Shown one piece after another: positions 25,435 through 27,344 of a stretch of DNA of 27,344 nt. The notes beneath the pieces were generated by a model. That model searched no databases, was not told the origin of the DNA, and worked only from the letters and a program-made list of their open reading frames with translations. The DNA comes from Deltaproteobacteria bacterium. Lineage in GTDB: Bacteria > Myxococcota_A > Polyangia > Polyangiales > Houyiibacteriaceae. The position numbers were made by a program, and so were the translations under genes. The DNA is taken from NCBI GenBank assembly GCA_034670305.1, contig JAXMNT010000074.1:1-27344 (forward strand). Direction: 5' to 3'. Each line of letters begins with the position of its first letter. Position 1 is the first letter of the stretch.

Positions 25435-26526
25435 TCAGCCGTTCTTGGCGGCGAAGTCCTTCATGAACGCGGTGAGGGTCTGGATGTTCTCCGGGTCCAT
25501 CGCGTTGTACATCGAGATGCGGATGCCGCCGACCGAGCGGTGGCCCTTCATGTTCACGAGGCCGTTCTTCTTGCCCTCGTCGAGGAACGCCTTCTCGAGT
25601 TCCGGCGTCGGCAGGTTGAACACGACGTTCATCACCGAGCGCGAAGCCTTCTCGATCGGGCAGCGGAAGAACTCCGCGTTGCCGTCGATCGTGCCGTAGA
25701 GCATCTCCGCCTTCGCGCGGTTGCGCTTCTCCATCGCGGCCGCGCCGCCCTGGGCCTTCACCCACGCGAGCACCTTGCCGACCGCGTAGATCGCGAACAC
25801 CGGCGGCGTGTTGTGCGTGGAGCCCTTGGACGCGATGAAGTCGTACCGAAGCATCTCCGGAAGCTCTTGGTTGCCCTTCGCCATCAACGACTTCTCGATG
25901 ATCGCGAGCGTCACACCGGCCGGCCCGAGGTTCTTCTGCGCGCCGGCGTAGATGAGCGAGAACTTCGACACATCGACCGGACGCCAGAGCATGTCGCTCG
26001 ACATGTCGGCGACGAGCGGCGCTGCGGTTCCGGAAGACAGCACCTCGGGGAACGAGTGGTACTGCACGCCCGCGATGGTCGCGTTGCTGGTCAGGTGCAC
26101 GTACTTGGCGTCCGCGCTCAGATCGAGCTTCTGCGGCGCGCGCACGTACCGCTCGCCTTCCTTGCCCGTCGCCGCGTAGCGGGGTTTGCCGTAGAAGCCC
26201 GCCGCCACCTGCGCCTTCTTCGACCAAGAGCCGGTGTCGACGTAGTCGGCCACGCCGCCGCCGAGGAAGTTCATCGGCACCATCGCGAACTGGCCGCTCG
26301 CCCCGCCCTGGAGCCAGAGGACCTCGTGGGTGTCCGGCACCGCGAACAACTCGCGCACGAGCGCGGTCGCGGTCTCGTGGACCTCGGTGTACTCGGCGCC
26401 GCGGTGGCTGTGCTCGAGCAAGGACATGCCGGAGCCCTTGAAGTCCATCATCTCGTCGCGAATCTCTTCGAGAACGGAGACAGGAAGGGTGGCGGGACCG
26501 GCGCTGAAGTTGATGACTCGACTCAT
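25435..26526 (-). CDS. serC: Phosphoserine aminotransferase
   Basis: NFSAGPA, SHRG, LQGGASGQF, DTGSWS, DMSSD, YAGAQKNLGPAG (PLP lysine), NTPP, RS.MNV.F, KGHRSVGGIR.S.YNA. Confidence 0.97.
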   Translation of the reverse strand: MSRVINFSAGPATLPVSVLEEIRDEMMDFKGSGMSLLEHSHRGAEYTEVHETATALVRELFAVPDTHEVLWLQGGASGQFAMVPMNFLGGGVADYVDTGSWSKKAQVAAGFYGKPRYAATGKEGERYVRAPQKLDLSADAKYVHLTSNATIAGVQYHSFPEVLSSGTAAPLVADMSSDMLWRPVDVSKFSLIYAGAQKNLGPAGVTLAIIEKSLMAKGNQELPEMLRYDFIASKGSTHNTPPVFAIYAVGKVLAWVKAQGGAAAMEKRNRAKAEMLYGTIDGNAEFFRCPIEKASRSVMNVVFNLPTPELEKAFLDEGKKNGLVNMKGHRSVGGIRISMYNAMDPENIQTLTAFMKDFAAKNG

Positions 26527-26685
26527 GGGCGCGCAGTGTGCCTCAGCCCCGGTAGCAGGCAAGCAACGCGCGCGCGTTTCTTAGGGGGCGGTCGGCCCGT
26601 CGGTCGGCCATCCGGGGGGTCGAACGTCGGGGCGGGCGCGCATCCGGGCAGCCTTCCGCCAGGGACTCGTGCTAAGACCGAACCC

Positions 26686-27207
26686 ATGACGGAGGACTCC
26701 GACGGGACCTATCCCCTGGACGCGATCGACACCCAGCTGCTCAACGAGCTGCAGCAGGACGCCAAGCTCTCGCTCAAGCGCATCGGTGAGAAGGTCGGTT
26801 TGAGCGCGCCCGCCGTCATGGAGCGCGTCCGCAAGATGGAACAGGCCGGCGTCATCCTCGGCTACCACGCCCAGATCGACGCGCGCCGCGTCGGCGTCGA
26901 CATCGCCGCCTTCATCGGCGTCGGCATCGGCGACCCCGGCCGGGTCAAAGACTTCGAAGCCTGGGCCGACGAAGTCGCCCCCATTCTCGAGTGCCACCAC
27001 GTCACCGGCGGCTACACGCTCCTGCTGAAGGTGAAGGTCCGCAACACCCGCGGCCTCGAACAGCTCATCAGTCTGATCCGCAGCCTCGACGGCGTCAGCC
27101 ACACCGAGACGATGATCGTCCTGAGTACCCACGCCGAACGCATCCCGGTCCGACTCGCGGTCCCGGCCGCCGAAGAACCAAAGAAAAAGAAGCGCCCCCG
27201 CTCCTAG
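26686..27207 (+). CDS. Lrp/AsnC family transcriptional regulator
   Basis: LDAID..LL..LQ.DA..S...IG..VGLS..AV.ERVRKME..GVI.GY HTH, plus the ECHHVTG RAM domain. TG-C-TAAGAC lies 7 nt upstream of the ATG. Confidence 0.95.
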   Translation: MTEDSDGTYPLDAIDTQLLNELQQDAKLSLKRIGEKVGLSAPAVMERVRKMEQAGVILGYHAQIDARRVGVDIAAFIGVGIGDPGRVKDFEAWADEVAPILECHHVTGGYTLLLKVKVRNTRGLEQLISLIRSLDGVSHTETMIVLSTHAERIPVRLAVPAAEEPKKKKRPRS

Positions 27208-27267
27208 CAGGTCGCTCAAAAGCGACCTGCTCCCTTGCCGTTGCCCTTGCCCGTGCCCTTGCCCGCG
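27204..27267 (+). repeat. Composite repeat element: CTAG + hairpin + (TTGCCC)n
   Basis: CTAG (containing the Lrp stop), then a perfect 11-bp stem AGCAGGTCGCT-CAAA-AGCGACCTGCT, then about 5 degenerate TTGCCC units and GCG. Confidence 0.7.
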
Positions 27268-27344
27268 TCGTGGACGCCGTGTGTTTCGCGACGGCGAGGC
27301 CGCGAATCGGAGCCCGATGCCCAGCGGACGAAGCCGCCGGGCAT

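Noticed and set aside
22433-25699. Low-complexity ORFs (SASASA, RCRCRC, MPMPMP, GSGSGS) at 22433-22987, 22544-25699, 22591-23217 and 23710-24190
   Set aside because: These are alternative-frame translations of hexamer arrays overlapping well-supported genes.

Overview
A very GC-rich chromosomal segment. The gene families (Cys-rich lipoproteins, TonB-C-fused receptor, large metzincin-like lipoprotein) suggest a myxobacterium of the Polyangiales/Sandaracinaceae type; this is inference. It carries about 20 CDSs: an AlkD-like glycosylase, two tandem Ca/metal-repeat + L-type-lectin lipoproteins, a 1415-aa metzincin-like lipoprotein that has lost all zinc ligands, FdhF/YdeP, a four-helix-bundle (23S-IVP/bAvd-like) protein, Slt, MaoC hydratase, Lgt-like, YggU, a four-gene TonB-receptor operon, patatin, serC and an Lrp regulator. 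No RNA genes, CRISPR array, transposase or reverse transcriptase were recognised. The most striking signal is non-coding. The stand-alone four-helix-bundle gene (11595-11909) lies downstream of a branched hairpin with GNA-triloops whose geometry matches an Frpo-type single-stranded-DNA promoter, and the unit is bracketed by GCGGNA hexamer arrays. Related hexamer microsatellites occur at nine places in the window, and a CTAG-hairpin-(TTGCCC)n element occurs twice, once directly after what may be the tail of a second four-helix-bundle gene. Most operon-first genes have a -10 box 6-8 nt before the start codon (leaderless-type promoters). All family calls come from motif recognition by eye; no searches were run.
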